A stretch of DNA of 60,261 bases from an uncultured Lentisphaeraceae bacterium. Lineage in GTDB: Bacteria; Verrucomicrobiota; Kiritimatiellia; RFP12; UBA1067. This document shows positions 27,385 to 38,599 of this stretch, in pieces (positions within the stretch are counted from its first letter, which is position 1; every line of letters starts with the position of its first letter). Position numbers and translations under genes: made by a program. Below the pieces are notes generated by a model, which saw only the letters and a program-made list of their open reading frames with translations, had not been told where the DNA came from and ran no database searches. Where the stretch lies: the NCBI GenBank assembly GCA_964650165.1, contig CAZYQF010000001.1:1-60261 (forward strand), in the 5' to 3' direction.

Positions 27385-28653
27385 ATGGAGAAATACGAGC
27401 TCGACCCGAAGCTTTGCGAGGAAATCCGCGCCCGGGTGCTGGGCGAGGGGTTCATGAAACTCGTCCAGACCGTCCGGCGGAACGGCAAGACGTTCAAGAT
27501 CGCCCTGCGCCCGGTCGAGATCGGGGGAGTGAGGAAGTTCCAGGCCGAGATGGCCGATGACCGCGACTTGCAGGTGAAGAACCTCGACATGAACGCCGCG
27601 GCCGAGGGACTGGAGGAGATCATCGCCCAGAAGGGGTCGCGCGATCTCCATCTCATGACGGCCACGGGCGATCTCCACATGCGCGTCACCAAGAAAGGGC
27701 ATGTCATGGTTTCGCGATCGGCGGACATGGACCGTGCGGTCGAGGTGAAGCCCCACGACCGGGTCAAGAACCTGCCGCTCACGCAGTTCGATTCCGCCGC
27801 ACTTCTCAAGACGATCGGGCTGGCCGACGGCGAGGGGAAGATCCGCGCCTCGATGCGCGGCAAGTACGATCAGGTCAACGAGTTTCTCAAGGTCGTCAAG
27901 GAGACGGTCTCCGTGCCGTCGGACCCCTGCGCCCCGAATGCCTGTTTTACGGTGGTGGACTGCGGCTGCGGCAAGGCCTATCTCACCATTTCCCTCTACT
28001 ACTACCTGACCGAGGTCATGGGGCTTCCGGAGGTGAAGGTCATCGGCATCGACCGCCGTCCGGACGTCATCGCCGCAGCGAGGAAGATGGCGGAGCGCCT
28101 CGACCTTTCCGAAAAGGTCCTCTTCGTCGAATCCGATCTTGCGGATTTCAATCCCTCTGCCGTCCGGCCGGTTGCCGATCCCCATCTCCCCCAGGCCGAT
28201 CTCGTCATCAGCCTCCACGCGTGCGATACCGCGACGGACGAGGCTCTTGCGAAAGGCGTCGAGTGGAAGGCGCGCTACATCCTGAGCGCCCCGTGCTGCC
28301 AGCACGAGCTGCAGAAGGTTCTCGGGACGGGAGAAGAGGGACGAGGGACGAGACGCGAGTTCTCGGGACTCCTGCGCCAGGCGATCCTGCGCGAGCGGCT
28401 CTGCGACATTTTGACGGACTCGTTCCGGGCGATGATCCTGCGCATCCTCGGATTCAAGGTTCAGGTCATCGAGTTCGTATCCAGCGAAGCGACGGCGCGC
28501 AACATCATGCTCCGGTGCGAATACGGCGTGAAGCCGGGCCAGCCCGGTCCGATCGGCGAGTACCTGGAGCTGCGCGACTACTGGAAGGTGACTCCGTGGC
28601 TCGAGACCCGACTCGCCAACTGCCTCGGGAAGCACCTTGAAAGATATTCTTGA
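27385..28653 (+). CDS. Class I SAM-dependent methyltransferase with a ~170-aa N-terminal domain of unknown function
   Basis: VVDCGCGKAYL (motif I GxGxG-like) and ISLHACDTATDEAL. Function not inferable. Confidence 0.6.
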   Translation: MEKYELDPKLCEEIRARVLGEGFMKLVQTVRRNGKTFKIALRPVEIGGVRKFQAEMADDRDLQVKNLDMNAAAEGLEEIIAQKGSRDLHLMTATGDLHMRVTKKGHVMVSRSADMDRAVEVKPHDRVKNLPLTQFDSAALLKTIGLADGEGKIRASMRGKYDQVNEFLKVVKETVSVPSDPCAPNACFTVVDCGCGKAYLTISLYYYLTEVMGLPEVKVIGIDRRPDVIAAARKMAERLDLSEKVLFVESDLADFNPSAVRPVADPHLPQADLVISLHACDTATDEALAKGVEWKARYILSAPCCQHELQKVLGTGEEGRGTRREFSGLLRQAILRERLCDILTDSFRAMILRILGFKVQVIEFVSSEATARNIMLRCEYGVKPGQPGPIGEYLELRDYWKVTPWLETRLANCLGKHLERYS

Positions 28654-29524
28654 GCGTCGCGCGCGGATTCTCAAGGAGATCCGCAAGTTCTTCGACGATC
28701 GCAGCTTCGTCGAGGTCGAAACCCCGGTGAGGATCGCGGCGCCGGCGCCGGAGGAGTACATCGACTGCCCGGTTGTCCTCGGAAAACCGCCCTCTGCAGC
28801 GGCCGGAGGCGCGAAGGAGGGCTATACCTATCTCCGCGCGAGCCCCGAGCTGCAGATGAAGAAGCTTCTGGCCGGGGGCATGGACCTGATTTACCAGATC
28901 GGACCGTGCTTCCGCGAAGGCGAGAAGGGCGATCGGCACAATCCCGAGTTCACGATGATCGAATGGTATCGGCGCCACGCCAGCTACCTCGACATCAAGG
29001 CCGATTTGGAGTCCCTCTTTTCCCAGTTGACGGCCTTGTCCGCGGACGGTTCGTGCCGGCTGTTCCAAGACCTCCGCGTCCGGGACGCCTATCGGAAGCA
29101 TGCCGGCTGGGACCCCTGGCTCGCATGGGATCGGGACAGGTTTGATTTTGACATGTCCGCCAAGATCGAGCCGGCGATCAGGGAGCTGGGCGGCGGCGTC
29201 TTCCTGATGGACTATCCCCCGGAGGCCGCCTCCCTCGCCGTCGTGTCGGACGGATCGGCCGAACGCTGGGAGTTCTATTGGAACGGCATGGAGCTGGCCA
29301 ATTGCTTTTCGGAACTTTGCGATCGGGACGAGCAGCTGGCTCGGTTTGAGAAGGCGAAGGAATTTCGTAAGTTGCTGAATGAGTCTGATTATCCAATAGA
29401 TTATGAATTTATAGATTCTGTTCCGGCGATGGAGCGCGCGGCGGGCGTAGCGTTGGGAGTTGATCGTCTGATTATGGTTTTGACGGATGTAAGTGACATT
29501 TCAGCCGTTCGTGTGATGAAATAA
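28637..29524 (+). CDS. epmA: EF-P lysine aminoacylase (truncated class II LysRS paralog, GenX/PoxA type)
   Basis: FVEVETP (motif 1), YLRASPELQMKKLLAGG...CFREGEKGDRHNPEFTMIEWY (motif 2), GVALGVDRLIMVL (motif 3). No anticodon-binding domain. TTG start overlaps the methyltransferase by 17 nt. Confidence 0.7.
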   Translation: MKDILERRARILKEIRKFFDDRSFVEVETPVRIAAPAPEEYIDCPVVLGKPPSAAAGGAKEGYTYLRASPELQMKKLLAGGMDLIYQIGPCFREGEKGDRHNPEFTMIEWYRRHASYLDIKADLESLFSQLTALSADGSCRLFQDLRVRDAYRKHAGWDPWLAWDRDRFDFDMSAKIEPAIRELGGGVFLMDYPPEAASLAVVSDGSAERWEFYWNGMELANCFSELCDRDEQLARFEKAKEFRKLLNESDYPIDYEFIDSVPAMERAAGVALGVDRLIMVLTDVSDISAVRVMK

Positions 29525-29557
29525 TTCGGGATAAGTTCGCACATAATCCTTTGTTTG

Positions 29558-29566
29558 TGCTATAAT
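29558..29566 (+). promoter_or_regulatory. Extended -10 box TGCTATAAT upstream of rpoD
   Basis: Exact TGnTATAAT, 50 nt before ATG 29617. GGAG SD at 29608. Confidence 0.5.
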
Positions 29567-29616
29567 GGACCGTCACTTGACAAAGTGCGAGTGGGTGAAT
29601 TGTATACTGGAGCAAT

Positions 29617-31626
<2,010 letters not shown>

Positions 31627-31640
31627 TCCGGTCCGTATGA

Positions 31641-31668
31641 TAGTGGCTAGTGGTTAGTGACTAGCGGA
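31641..31668 (+). repeat. Four tandem heptamers TAGTGGC-TAGTGGT-TAGTGAC-TAGCGGA
   Basis: Read directly in the rpoD-RRM intergenic region. GCTAGT/ACTAGC within it can form a 6-bp hairpin (31646-31665). Confidence 0.7.
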
Positions 31669-31683
31669 CAGAGGATGGCGAAT

Positions 31684-31713
31684 AAGAGAGAAAGAAAGAG
31701 AGAAAGAAGAAAA
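31684..31713 (+). repeat. 30-nt uninterrupted polypurine (GA-rich) tract ending at the RRM gene start codon
   Basis: AAGAGAGAAAGAAAGAGAGAAAGAAGAAAA directly abuts ATG 31713. Confidence 0.8.
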
Positions 31714-32192
31714 TGAACTGCATCAACAGTGCAATCGAGTTGTTCAAGACCAATACCTGCTCGGCGACCTGCATCGCCGTGGCGGCGTTCGTCCTTGGCG
31801 CGGTCTTCATGTGCATCGTCTGCAAGATCTGCTGCCCCTGCGGCAAGAAGACCTGCAACAAGAACACGATCGCGAAGAGGCCTGTGAAGAAGAACGCCCA
31901 GGAGCCCAAGTTCGAGAAGAAGCATCCCGCGCCCGCGGACGGTTCGATCGAGATCTATGTCGGCAACCTGAGCTATGATCTCACCGAGGACCAGCTCCGG
32001 AAGGAGTTCGAGGCTTTCGGAACGGTCAACTCCGCGCGGATCATCACCAATCGCTACAATGGCAAGCCCAAGGGCTTCGGCTTCGTCCACATGCCCAACC
32101 GCGCAGAAGTCGACGCGGCGATCGCAGCTCTCTCCGACAAGGACATTCTGGGCCGCAAGCTGAAGTGCAACGAAGCCAAGAACGTCGGTTAA
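31713..32192 (+). CDS. RRM-type RNA-binding protein with an N-terminal Cys-rich transmembrane extension
   Basis: C-terminal IYVGNLSYDLTEDQL (RNP2) and KGFGFVHM (RNP1). N-terminal 60 aa hold a hydrophobic helix CIAVAAFVLGAVFMCIVCKIC and 9 Cys. GC3-rich codons throughout support translation from ATG 31713. Confidence 0.75.
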   Translation: MNCINSAIELFKTNTCSATCIAVAAFVLGAVFMCIVCKICCPCGKKTCNKNTIAKRPVKKNAQEPKFEKKHPAPADGSIEIYVGNLSYDLTEDQLRKEFEAFGTVNSARIITNRYNGKPKGFGFVHMPNRAEVDAAIAALSDKDILGRKLKCNEAKNVG

Positions 32193-32196
32193 AGCC

Positions 32197-32757
32197 ATGG
32201 CCAACGCGCTCGTTCTGCTCGCCGACGGCTTTGAGGACATCGAGGCGGTGACCGTCATCGACGTGCTCCGGCGCGGCGGTGTCGAAACCGTCGCCGCGTC
32301 CGTCGGCGGGAAGCTCGAGGTCCGGAGCGCCCGCGGAATCGTCCTGAAGGCCGATGCCGCGTTTGCGGAAGTCGCCCGGGACGATTTCGACGCCCTCGTC
32401 CTTCCGGGAGGCGGCGAGGGTACGGAAAACCTCCGCAGGGCTCCTGAAGTCCTCGAGCGTCTCCGGAAGCAGAAGGAGGACGGGCGGCTCGTCTGCGCGA
32501 TCTGCGCGGCGCCGCTCGTGCTCGTGGATGCGGGCGTCCTTGACGACGGACAGCATGTCACGTGCTATCCGTCGTGCGTGATGGATCTTGACCGTCCGTC
32601 TGCAGGGGTTCCCGTCGTGGCCGACGGGGACGTCATCACCGGGCAGGCGCCCGGGTCGGCGCTCCTGTTTGCGCTCGTGGTGCTGCAGGCGCTTGTTGGC
32701 GAAAAGAAAGCCGCGAAGGTCGCCCGAGACATGGTGACCGACGTGCTCGAGGCCTAA
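32197..32757 (+). CDS. DJ-1/PfpI family protein
   Basis: LLADGFEDIEAVTVIDVLRR and the nucleophile-elbow CAICAAP. Confidence 0.8.
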   Translation: MANALVLLADGFEDIEAVTVIDVLRRGGVETVAASVGGKLEVRSARGIVLKADAAFAEVARDDFDALVLPGGGEGTENLRRAPEVLERLRKQKEDGRLVCAICAAPLVLVDAGVLDDGQHVTCYPSCVMDLDRPSAGVPVVADGDVITGQAPGSALLFALVVLQALVGEKKAAKVARDMVTDVLEA

Positions 32758-32774
32758 CGCGCCTTTACCCGGTC

Positions 32775-34199
32775 ATGTTCAGAAAACTCTCCATTTCGAG
32801 TTGGAAGTTCCTTCTGGCGGGCCCCGGCATCTCCTTTCGGACTGGAAAGTACCTCTTCGAGGCGATTCTGGTCGGCGTGTTCACCGGTTTCGTCGTCGTC
32901 GCATTCCGCTACATGATCGAATTCGGGCAGAAGGTTCTGCTCGACGGCCTTGGCGGACATCAAATGCTTTCCACCCTGTCCGAAGGCACCGCGCTCAACG
33001 TCGGTCTGTCGACCGAAGCCCTTATGGATCCGCACCGCTGGATCATGCTGTTTCTTCCCGCGGCGGGTGCGCTCGCCGGCTATCTCCTCATCAAGCGCTT
33101 TGCCAAACTCGAGCATGCGCGCGGAACGGACAGCGCCATCAAGGCGTATCATCAACGCAACGGCTATATCACTGGCACCGTCATCCCCGTCAAGTCCGTC
33201 GCCTCGGTCCTGACTGTCGCCTCTGGAGGTAGCGCGGGCTATGAAGGTCCGGTGACGCTCATCGGAGCCGCCTGCGGAAGCTTCATCTCCCGCAAACTCA
33301 ACCTCACCCTCCGCGCGCGTCGCATCTTGATGGCCGCCGGTCTCGCCGCGGGCATCGGCGCGCTCTTTCAGGCCCCCCTTGCGGGCGCGATGTTCGGATT
33401 CGAGATCTTCTATTCCTCCAGCGACGTCGAGTACGAGACGCTCCTCCCGAGCTTCATTGCCTCGACCGTGAGCTACACCGTTTTCGCCTATTTCTTCGGA
33501 TGGAATTCGCTCTTCACGATGCCGGACTGCGCATTCGAGAACGGACTCCGGCTCCTTCCGTATTTCGTCCTCGCCCTCGTAATCACCTTCGGAGCCCGCT
33601 TCTACATCAGCATGTTCCGTGCGGCCGAGGCGGGCTTCGAGGAGTCGAAGACCCCGGGCTGGGTCAAGGTGTCGGTCGGCGGACTCATGACCGGCCTCAT
33701 CGGGTTCTTCGTCCCCGACATCCTCGGAACCAGCTATCCCATCATCCAGACCTGCTTCTCCTCGGTCAACTGCGACATCCTCTCGAACCGCAGCACCTTC
33801 ACCGTCCTAGGTTTCCTCTGCTTCTTCTTCATGAAGGTCCTCTCGACCTCGTTCACCGTCGGTTCCGGCGGTTCCGGCGGCGTCTTCGCCCCCGCGATCG
33901 TCTGCGGCGGAACCCTCGGCGCGGCGACCGGACTCTTCTTCGCGCGCATTCTCCCGGAGTCAATCGGCGTCAATCCCGGCGCCTTTGCGCTCGTCGGCAT
34001 GGCCGGCTTCCTTGCGGCCGCCGTCCGAATCCCCATGACGGCGATCGTCATCGTCGCCGAAATTTCGGGCAACCATTCGCTGCTCCTGCCCGCCATGTGG
34101 GTCTGCGGCATCGCCTTTTGGCTGAACAACGGCTGGTCGCTCTACCGCTCCCAGCCCCACTGCCGCGAATGCTCGCCCGTCCACGCCTCCGATTTCTGA
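32775..34199 (+). CDS. ClC-family voltage-gated chloride channel / H+-Cl- antiporter
   Basis: GGSAGYEGP and GGVFAPAI selectivity-filter motifs. Polytopic membrane protein. Confidence 0.85.
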   Translation: MFRKLSISSWKFLLAGPGISFRTGKYLFEAILVGVFTGFVVVAFRYMIEFGQKVLLDGLGGHQMLSTLSEGTALNVGLSTEALMDPHRWIMLFLPAAGALAGYLLIKRFAKLEHARGTDSAIKAYHQRNGYITGTVIPVKSVASVLTVASGGSAGYEGPVTLIGAACGSFISRKLNLTLRARRILMAAGLAAGIGALFQAPLAGAMFGFEIFYSSSDVEYETLLPSFIASTVSYTVFAYFFGWNSLFTMPDCAFENGLRLLPYFVLALVITFGARFYISMFRAAEAGFEESKTPGWVKVSVGGLMTGLIGFFVPDILGTSYPIIQTCFSSVNCDILSNRSTFTVLGFLCFFFMKVLSTSFTVGSGGSGGVFAPAIVCGGTLGAATGLFFARILPESIGVNPGAFALVGMAGFLAAAVRIPMTAIVIVAEISGNHSLLLPAMWVCGIAFWLNNGWSLYRSQPHCRECSPVHASDF

Positions 34200-34263
34200 C
34201 TGGACGGACTTATCCGCCATCCCCGCCAAGAAGCCACAGGGGGAGACGAAAACGAAACAAATA

Positions 34264-34272
34264 TGGTATAAT
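34264..34272 (+). promoter_or_regulatory. Extended -10 box TGGTATAAT, 6 nt from the fabD ATG (leaderless architecture)
   Basis: Exact TGnTATAAT. Only CGCGCT precedes ATG 34279. Confidence 0.6.
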
Positions 34273-34278
34273 CGCGCT

Positions 34279-35199
34279 ATGAAAAACTGTTGCGTATTTG
34301 CGGGCCAGGGTGCCCAGGTTCCGGGAATGGGCAAGGATTTCGCCGAGGCCGATCCCGAGATCATCAATCTCTTCGACAAGGCCAATGCCGTTCTCGGCTT
34401 TGACCTCAAGAAGACCTGCTTCGAAGGTCCGGCCGAGGAGCTGACCAAGTCCAATGTCTGCCAGCCTGCCGTTTTCGTGACGAGCTATGCCGCGTTTCTC
34501 GCCCTAAAGAAGCGCAAAAACGTCGCCTTCGCGTGCGCCGCGGGACTCTCGCTCGGCGAGTGGGGCGCGCTGTGCGCCGCGGGTGTGCTCGATTTCGACT
34601 CGACCCTGAAGGTCCTCGAGGCGCGCGGACGCTTCATGCAAGAGGCCTGCGAGGCGACGCCTTCGGGCATGATTGCCATCGTCGGCGCCTCCCCCGATCA
34701 GCTCCAGGCGCTCTGCGTCCAGACGGGTTGCACGGTTGCGAACGTCAACTCCGACGCCCAACAGGTCCTGTCCGGCTCCAAGGACGCGATCGTCCAGGCC
34801 GCCTCCGTCGCCAAGGAACTTGGCATCAAGCGTGCGATTCCGCTCGCCACCGCGGGCGGATTCCACTCGCCGTTCATGGCCCCGGCCCGAGAGAAGCTTG
34901 CTCCGGTGCTGGATACGGTCGTCTTCAGCGCCCCAAAGTTCCCGGTGCTCTCAAATGTCACCGGCAAGCCCCACGCCTCCGATCCGGGGGCCATCAAGGC
35001 GATGATGCTCGAACAGATCACGGGCACGACCAACTGGGCTGCCGACGTCCTGGCGGCGAAGGAGCTCGGTTGCGGCACGTTCGTCGAGTTCGGGCCCGGC
35101 AAGGTTCTCTCGGGCCTGATCGCCAAGATTGATGCGGGACTCGTCACCGCGAACGTGGCCGACCTCGCGTCCCTCGACGCGACGGTCGGCATCATCTGA
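34279..35199 (+). CDS. fabD: Malonyl-CoA:ACP transacylase
   Basis: VFAGQGAQVPGMG, GLSLGEWGAL active-site Ser motif, GGFHSPFM. Confidence 0.9.
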   Translation: MKNCCVFAGQGAQVPGMGKDFAEADPEIINLFDKANAVLGFDLKKTCFEGPAEELTKSNVCQPAVFVTSYAAFLALKKRKNVAFACAAGLSLGEWGALCAAGVLDFDSTLKVLEARGRFMQEACEATPSGMIAIVGASPDQLQALCVQTGCTVANVNSDAQQVLSGSKDAIVQAASVAKELGIKRAIPLATAGGFHSPFMAPAREKLAPVLDTVVFSAPKFPVLSNVTGKPHASDPGAIKAMMLEQITGTTNWAADVLAAKELGCGTFVEFGPGKVLSGLIAKIDAGLVTANVADLASLDATVGII

Positions 35200-35207
35200 T
35201 TTCGGTA

Positions 35208-35300
35208 TTTGGGTTGTTTGGGTTGTTTGGTTGTTTGGGCTGCTCCCGAACGTCGCCAATAACCCAAACGCTCAAATAACCCAAAACCCCACAAACCAAC
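35208..35300 (+). repeat. GT-rich tandem repeat (TTTGGGTTG x3-4) and CA-rich inverted counterpart, forming an imperfect long hairpin
   Basis: 35208-35239 reads TTTGGGTTGTTTGGGTTGTTTGGTTGTTTGGG. 35261-35300 reads AACCCAAACGCTCAAATAACCCAAAACCCCACAAACCAAC. The arms are partly complementary. Confidence 0.65.
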
Positions 35301-35313
35301 GAAAGGGTAGTAC

Positions 35314-36081
35314 ATGTCTGGAAACCTCAAGGGCAAAGTTGCCATTGTCACTGGCGCGGCGCGCGGAATCGGCGCGGCCATTGCGAAGAAGCTCGCGTCC
35401 GAAGGCGCGAACGTCGCCATCTGCGACCTGAAGGCCGAATGGTGCGAGGAAACGGTCAAGGAACTCGAAGCGCTTGGCGTCCGGGCGAAGGGCTACGGCG
35501 TCAACGTCGCGGCGAGCGCCGAGGTCGATGCCTGCGTGAAAGCCGTCATCGAGGACTTCGGCAAGGTTGATATCATGGTCAACAACGCCGGCATCACCAA
35601 GGACGGGCTTCTCATGCGGATGTCCGACGAGGACTGGGATGCCGTTCTGAACGTCAACCTGAAGGGCACCTTCCTCTTCACGCGCGCGGTCTCGCGTCCG
35701 ATGATGAAGAACAAGTCCGCGGACGGCGAGCAGCTCGGAGGCGCCATCATCAACATCGCCTCCGTCGTCGGCATCATGGGCAACGCCGGCCAGGCGAACT
35801 ACACGGCTTCAAAGGGCGGCGTGATCGCGCTGACCAAGACCACGGCCAAGGAGTTCGGCTCGCGCAACATCCGCTGCAACGCCGTCGCCCCGGGATTCAT
35901 CCAGTCCAAGATGACCGACGTTCTCCCCGAGGACGTCAAGAAGGCCTACATGGACACCATTCCGCTTCGCCGCTTTGGCTCCGCTGCGGATATCGCGAAT
36001 GCGGTTGCCTGGCTGTCGGGCCCGGAGTCCGCTTACGTCACCGGTCAGATCATTTCCGTCAACGGCGGGATGATCGGCTGA
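35314..36081 (+). CDS. fabG: 3-oxoacyl-ACP reductase
   Basis: TGAARGIG cofactor motif, NNAGIT, and the YTASKGG (YxxxK) catalytic motif. Confidence 0.9.
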   Translation: MSGNLKGKVAIVTGAARGIGAAIAKKLASEGANVAICDLKAEWCEETVKELEALGVRAKGYGVNVAASAEVDACVKAVIEDFGKVDIMVNNAGITKDGLLMRMSDEDWDAVLNVNLKGTFLFTRAVSRPMMKNKSADGEQLGGAIINIASVVGIMGNAGQANYTASKGGVIALTKTTAKEFGSRNIRCNAVAPGFIQSKMTDVLPEDVKKAYMDTIPLRRFGSAADIANAVAWLSGPESAYVTGQIISVNGGMIG

Positions 36082-36111
36082 CACCCCTTGCGCACGAACA
36101 TCAAAATATAG

Positions 36112-36117
36112 TATAAT
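36112..36117 (+). promoter_or_regulatory. -10 hexamer TATAAT upstream of acpP
   Basis: Exact TATAAT, 34 nt before ATG 36152. AGGAG SD at 36137. Confidence 0.45.
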
Positions 36118-36151
36118 TCAAACATCAAACAACATAGGAGTTGAACAGATT

Positions 36152-36412
36152 ATGGCAGGAAAGCTTGAAGATCGCGTGAAAGACATCATCGTTGAGCAGC
36201 TCGGCGTCAACGCCGAACAGGTCACGTCGGAGGCTTCGTTCATCGATGACCTCGGCGCGGACTCGCTTGACAGCGTTGAGTTGATCATGGCGTTCGAAGA
36301 AGAATTTGGCGCGGCGATCCCCGAAGAGGATGCCGAGAAGCTCACCACCGTCGGCAAGGTCGTCGAGTACCTGAAGTCGAAGGGCTATGGTGACGACGCC
36401 GCGGCGAAGTAA
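36152..36412 (+). CDS. acpP: Acyl carrier protein
   Basis: [20 protein letters not shown] phosphopantetheine-Ser motif. Confidence 0.95.
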   Translation: MAGKLEDRVKDIIVEQLGVNAEQVTSEASFIDDLGADSLDSVELIMAFEEEFGAAIPEEDAEKLTTVGKVVEYLKSKGYGDDAAAK

Positions 36413-36436
36413 GACTCGTCTAAGCCTGTAAGGGCA

Positions 36437-36478
36437 AAAAGGACACGGGGTCAAACTCGTGTCCTTTTCATTTTTTTA
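36437..36478 (+). terminator. Rho-independent terminator after acpP
   Basis: AAAAGGACACG / CGTGTCCTTTT: perfect 11-bp stem followed by CATTTTTTTATT. Confidence 0.85.
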
Positions 36479-36502
36479 TTCTCCAAAAAGCAGCTGGAAA
36501 AT

Positions 36503-36511
36503 TGATATAAT
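36503..36511 (+). promoter_or_regulatory. Extended -10 box TGATATAAT, 9 nt from the EF-G ATG
   Basis: Exact TGnTATAAT. ACGCGTTCT precedes ATG 36521. No SD. Confidence 0.55.
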
Positions 36512-36520
36512 ACGCGTTCT

Positions 36521-38599
36521 ATGAGCAGCGAGCTATCAAACGTACGAAATATCGGCATTGTCGCCCACATTGACGCGGGCAAGACCACGACGACCGAGCG
36601 CATCCTTTTCTATACCGGCAAGATCCACCATGCCGGTGACGTCCATGACGCCAACACGACGACGGACTTCATGATTCAGGAGAAGGAGCACGGCATCACC
36701 ATTCAGTCCGCGGCCATCTCCTGCGAATGGTCGGGGCATGCGATCAACATCATCGACACCCCCGGACACGTGGACTTCACGATGGAGGTCGAGCGCTCGC
36801 TCCGCGTCCTTGACGGCGCGGTCTGCGTTTTTTGCGCCGTCGGCGGCGTGCAGCCCCAGTCCGAAACGGTCTGGCGCCAGGCGAACCGCTACAACGTTCC
36901 CCGAATTGCCTTTGTCAACAAGATGGACCGCATGGGCGCCGACTTCACCCGCGTCGTCGAGGAGCTCCGCACCAAGCTCAGGGCTCCGGCGTGTCCGATC
37001 GAGCTTCCGATCGGCAAGGAGGAGCGCTTCAGGGGAGTCATCGACCTCATTGACATGAAGGCTCTTGTCTGGACGGACGATGACAAGGAACAGGGCCGCG
37101 TCTTCCAGGTCACGGAAATCCCCGCCGAGCTCAGGGACGAGGCCGATTTCGCCCGCGCCGAACTTGTGGAGAGGGTCGCCGATCTCGACGATGGCGTCAT
37201 GGAGACGTTCCTCGAGAACGGAGACCTCACCAAGGAGGAGCTCGTTCCTGCGATCCGTCGCATCACGGTCGCCGGAACGTTCGTGCCGGTTCTCTGCGGC
37301 AGCTCCTTCAAGAACAAGGGCGTGCAGCCGCTTCTGGACGCCGTGTGCGCGTACCTCCCGGCGCCGACCGACCGTCCTCCGGTCCAGGCGACGGACCTCA
37401 AGAGCGAGCAGAAGGTCGTCCGCAAGCAGGACGACGCCGAGCTTCTCACGTCGCTCGTCTTCAAGATTTCATCTGACCCGTTTGTCGGCAGGCTCTTCTT
37501 CGTCCGCGTCTACGGCGGCGTCCTCAAACGGGGCGCGAACGTCTACAATCCGCGCACGAAGAGCCGCGAGCGCGTCATGAAGCTCGTCCGCCTCTTTGCG
37601 GACGAGCGCATGGAAATCGACGAACTCAAGGCCGGCGACATTGGTGCGATCGTCGGGCTCAAGGAAGTCACCACCGGCGACACCCTGTGCGCGGAGATGA
37701 AGCCGTGCTACCTCGAGCGCATCGTCGCGCCCCAGCCCGTCATGTTCATGGCGATCGAGCCCAAGTCGAGCGCGGACAAGGACAAGCTCATCGAGTCGAT
37801 GAAGTCGCTTGCCGCCGAGGATCCGACCTGCCAGTTCCGCGAGGACGAGGAGACGGGGCAGACGATCCTTTCCGGCATGGGCGAGCTTCATCTCGAGATC
37901 CTGGTCGACCGCCTCAAACGCGAGTTCAAGTGCGCGGCGAACGTCGGAAAGCCGATGGTCAGCTATTGCGAAACCGTCACGAAGCCCGCGCTCAAGGAGT
38001 TCACCTTCGACCGCGAACTCGGCGGGAAGCGCCATGCGGTCACGCTCAGGATCGAGGTCAGGCCGCTCGAACGCGGCAAGGGCGTCACGGTCGAGCTTGC
38101 GCGCGATTTCCTCGCCGCGGTCGCCGAAAAGCCCCTGCAGGAATGCGTCCGCCAGGGCCTTTCGGACGGCGTCGTCACCGGCGTTCTCGCGCGCTATCCG
38201 ATGACAGACCTTGCGGTCACCTGCCTTGGGGCGACGATCGTCGACCCCGAGGTCTCGGACGAGGTGGCGTTCCGGTCCGCCGCGATGATGGGCTTCCGCG
38301 AAGCCGCCGAGGCGGCCGCGCCGGAGTTCCTCGAACCGATCATGAAGCTCGAGATCACCTCGCCGTCGGAGTCCGTCGGCGAGATCCTCGGAGACCTCAA
38401 CGGACGCCGCGGCACGGTCATCAACATGGACATGAGGGGCGACCTTCAGCTGATCAACGCGCGCGCCCCGCTCGCATCGATGTTCGGCTACTCGACCGCG
38501 ATCCGCTCGCTCACGAAGGGCCGCGCCTCCTACTCGATGGAGACCGACCAGTTCGAACTCGCCCCCCGAAACGTCAAAGAGGAGATTCTCAGCAAATGA
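36521..38599 (+). CDS. fusA: Elongation factor G family GTPase (divergent; not in an str-operon context)
   Basis: [20 protein letters not shown] and NKMD G-motifs. Full five-domain length (692 aa). The effector region reads [24 protein letters not shown]. Confidence 0.9.
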   Translation: MSSELSNVRNIGIVAHIDAGKTTTTERILFYTGKIHHAGDVHDANTTTDFMIQEKEHGITIQSAAISCEWSGHAINIIDTPGHVDFTMEVERSLRVLDGAVCVFCAVGGVQPQSETVWRQANRYNVPRIAFVNKMDRMGADFTRVVEELRTKLRAPACPIELPIGKEERFRGVIDLIDMKALVWTDDDKEQGRVFQVTEIPAELRDEADFARAELVERVADLDDGVMETFLENGDLTKEELVPAIRRITVAGTFVPVLCGSSFKNKGVQPLLDAVCAYLPAPTDRPPVQATDLKSEQKVVRKQDDAELLTSLVFKISSDPFVGRLFFVRVYGGVLKRGANVYNPRTKSRERVMKLVRLFADERMEIDELKAGDIGAIVGLKEVTTGDTLCAEMKPCYLERIVAPQPVMFMAIEPKSSADKDKLIESMKSLAAEDPTCQFREDEETGQTILSGMGELHLEILVDRLKREFKCAANVGKPMVSYCETVTKPALKEFTFDRELGGKRHAVTLRIEVRPLERGKGVTVELARDFLAAVAEKPLQECVRQGLSDGVVTGVLARYPMTDLAVTCLGATIVDPEVSDEVAFRSAAMMGFREAAEAAAPEFLEPIMKLEITSPSESVGEILGDLNGRRGTVINMDMRGDLQLINARAPLASMFGYSTAIRSLTKGRASYSMETDQFELAPRNVKEEILSK

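Noticed and set aside
31641-31668. Possible CRISPR array or minisatellite from the short tandem repeats at 31641, 35208 and 47911.
   Set aside because: The units are only 6-9 nt, lack spacers of 25-40 nt, and no cas genes are present. These are low-complexity intergenic repeats, not CRISPR.
35208-35239. G-quadruplex potential of the GGG-containing GT repeat.
   Set aside because: There are only three GGG runs plus one GG, and they are separated by T-rich loops. That is not enough for a confident four-tract G4 call without computation.
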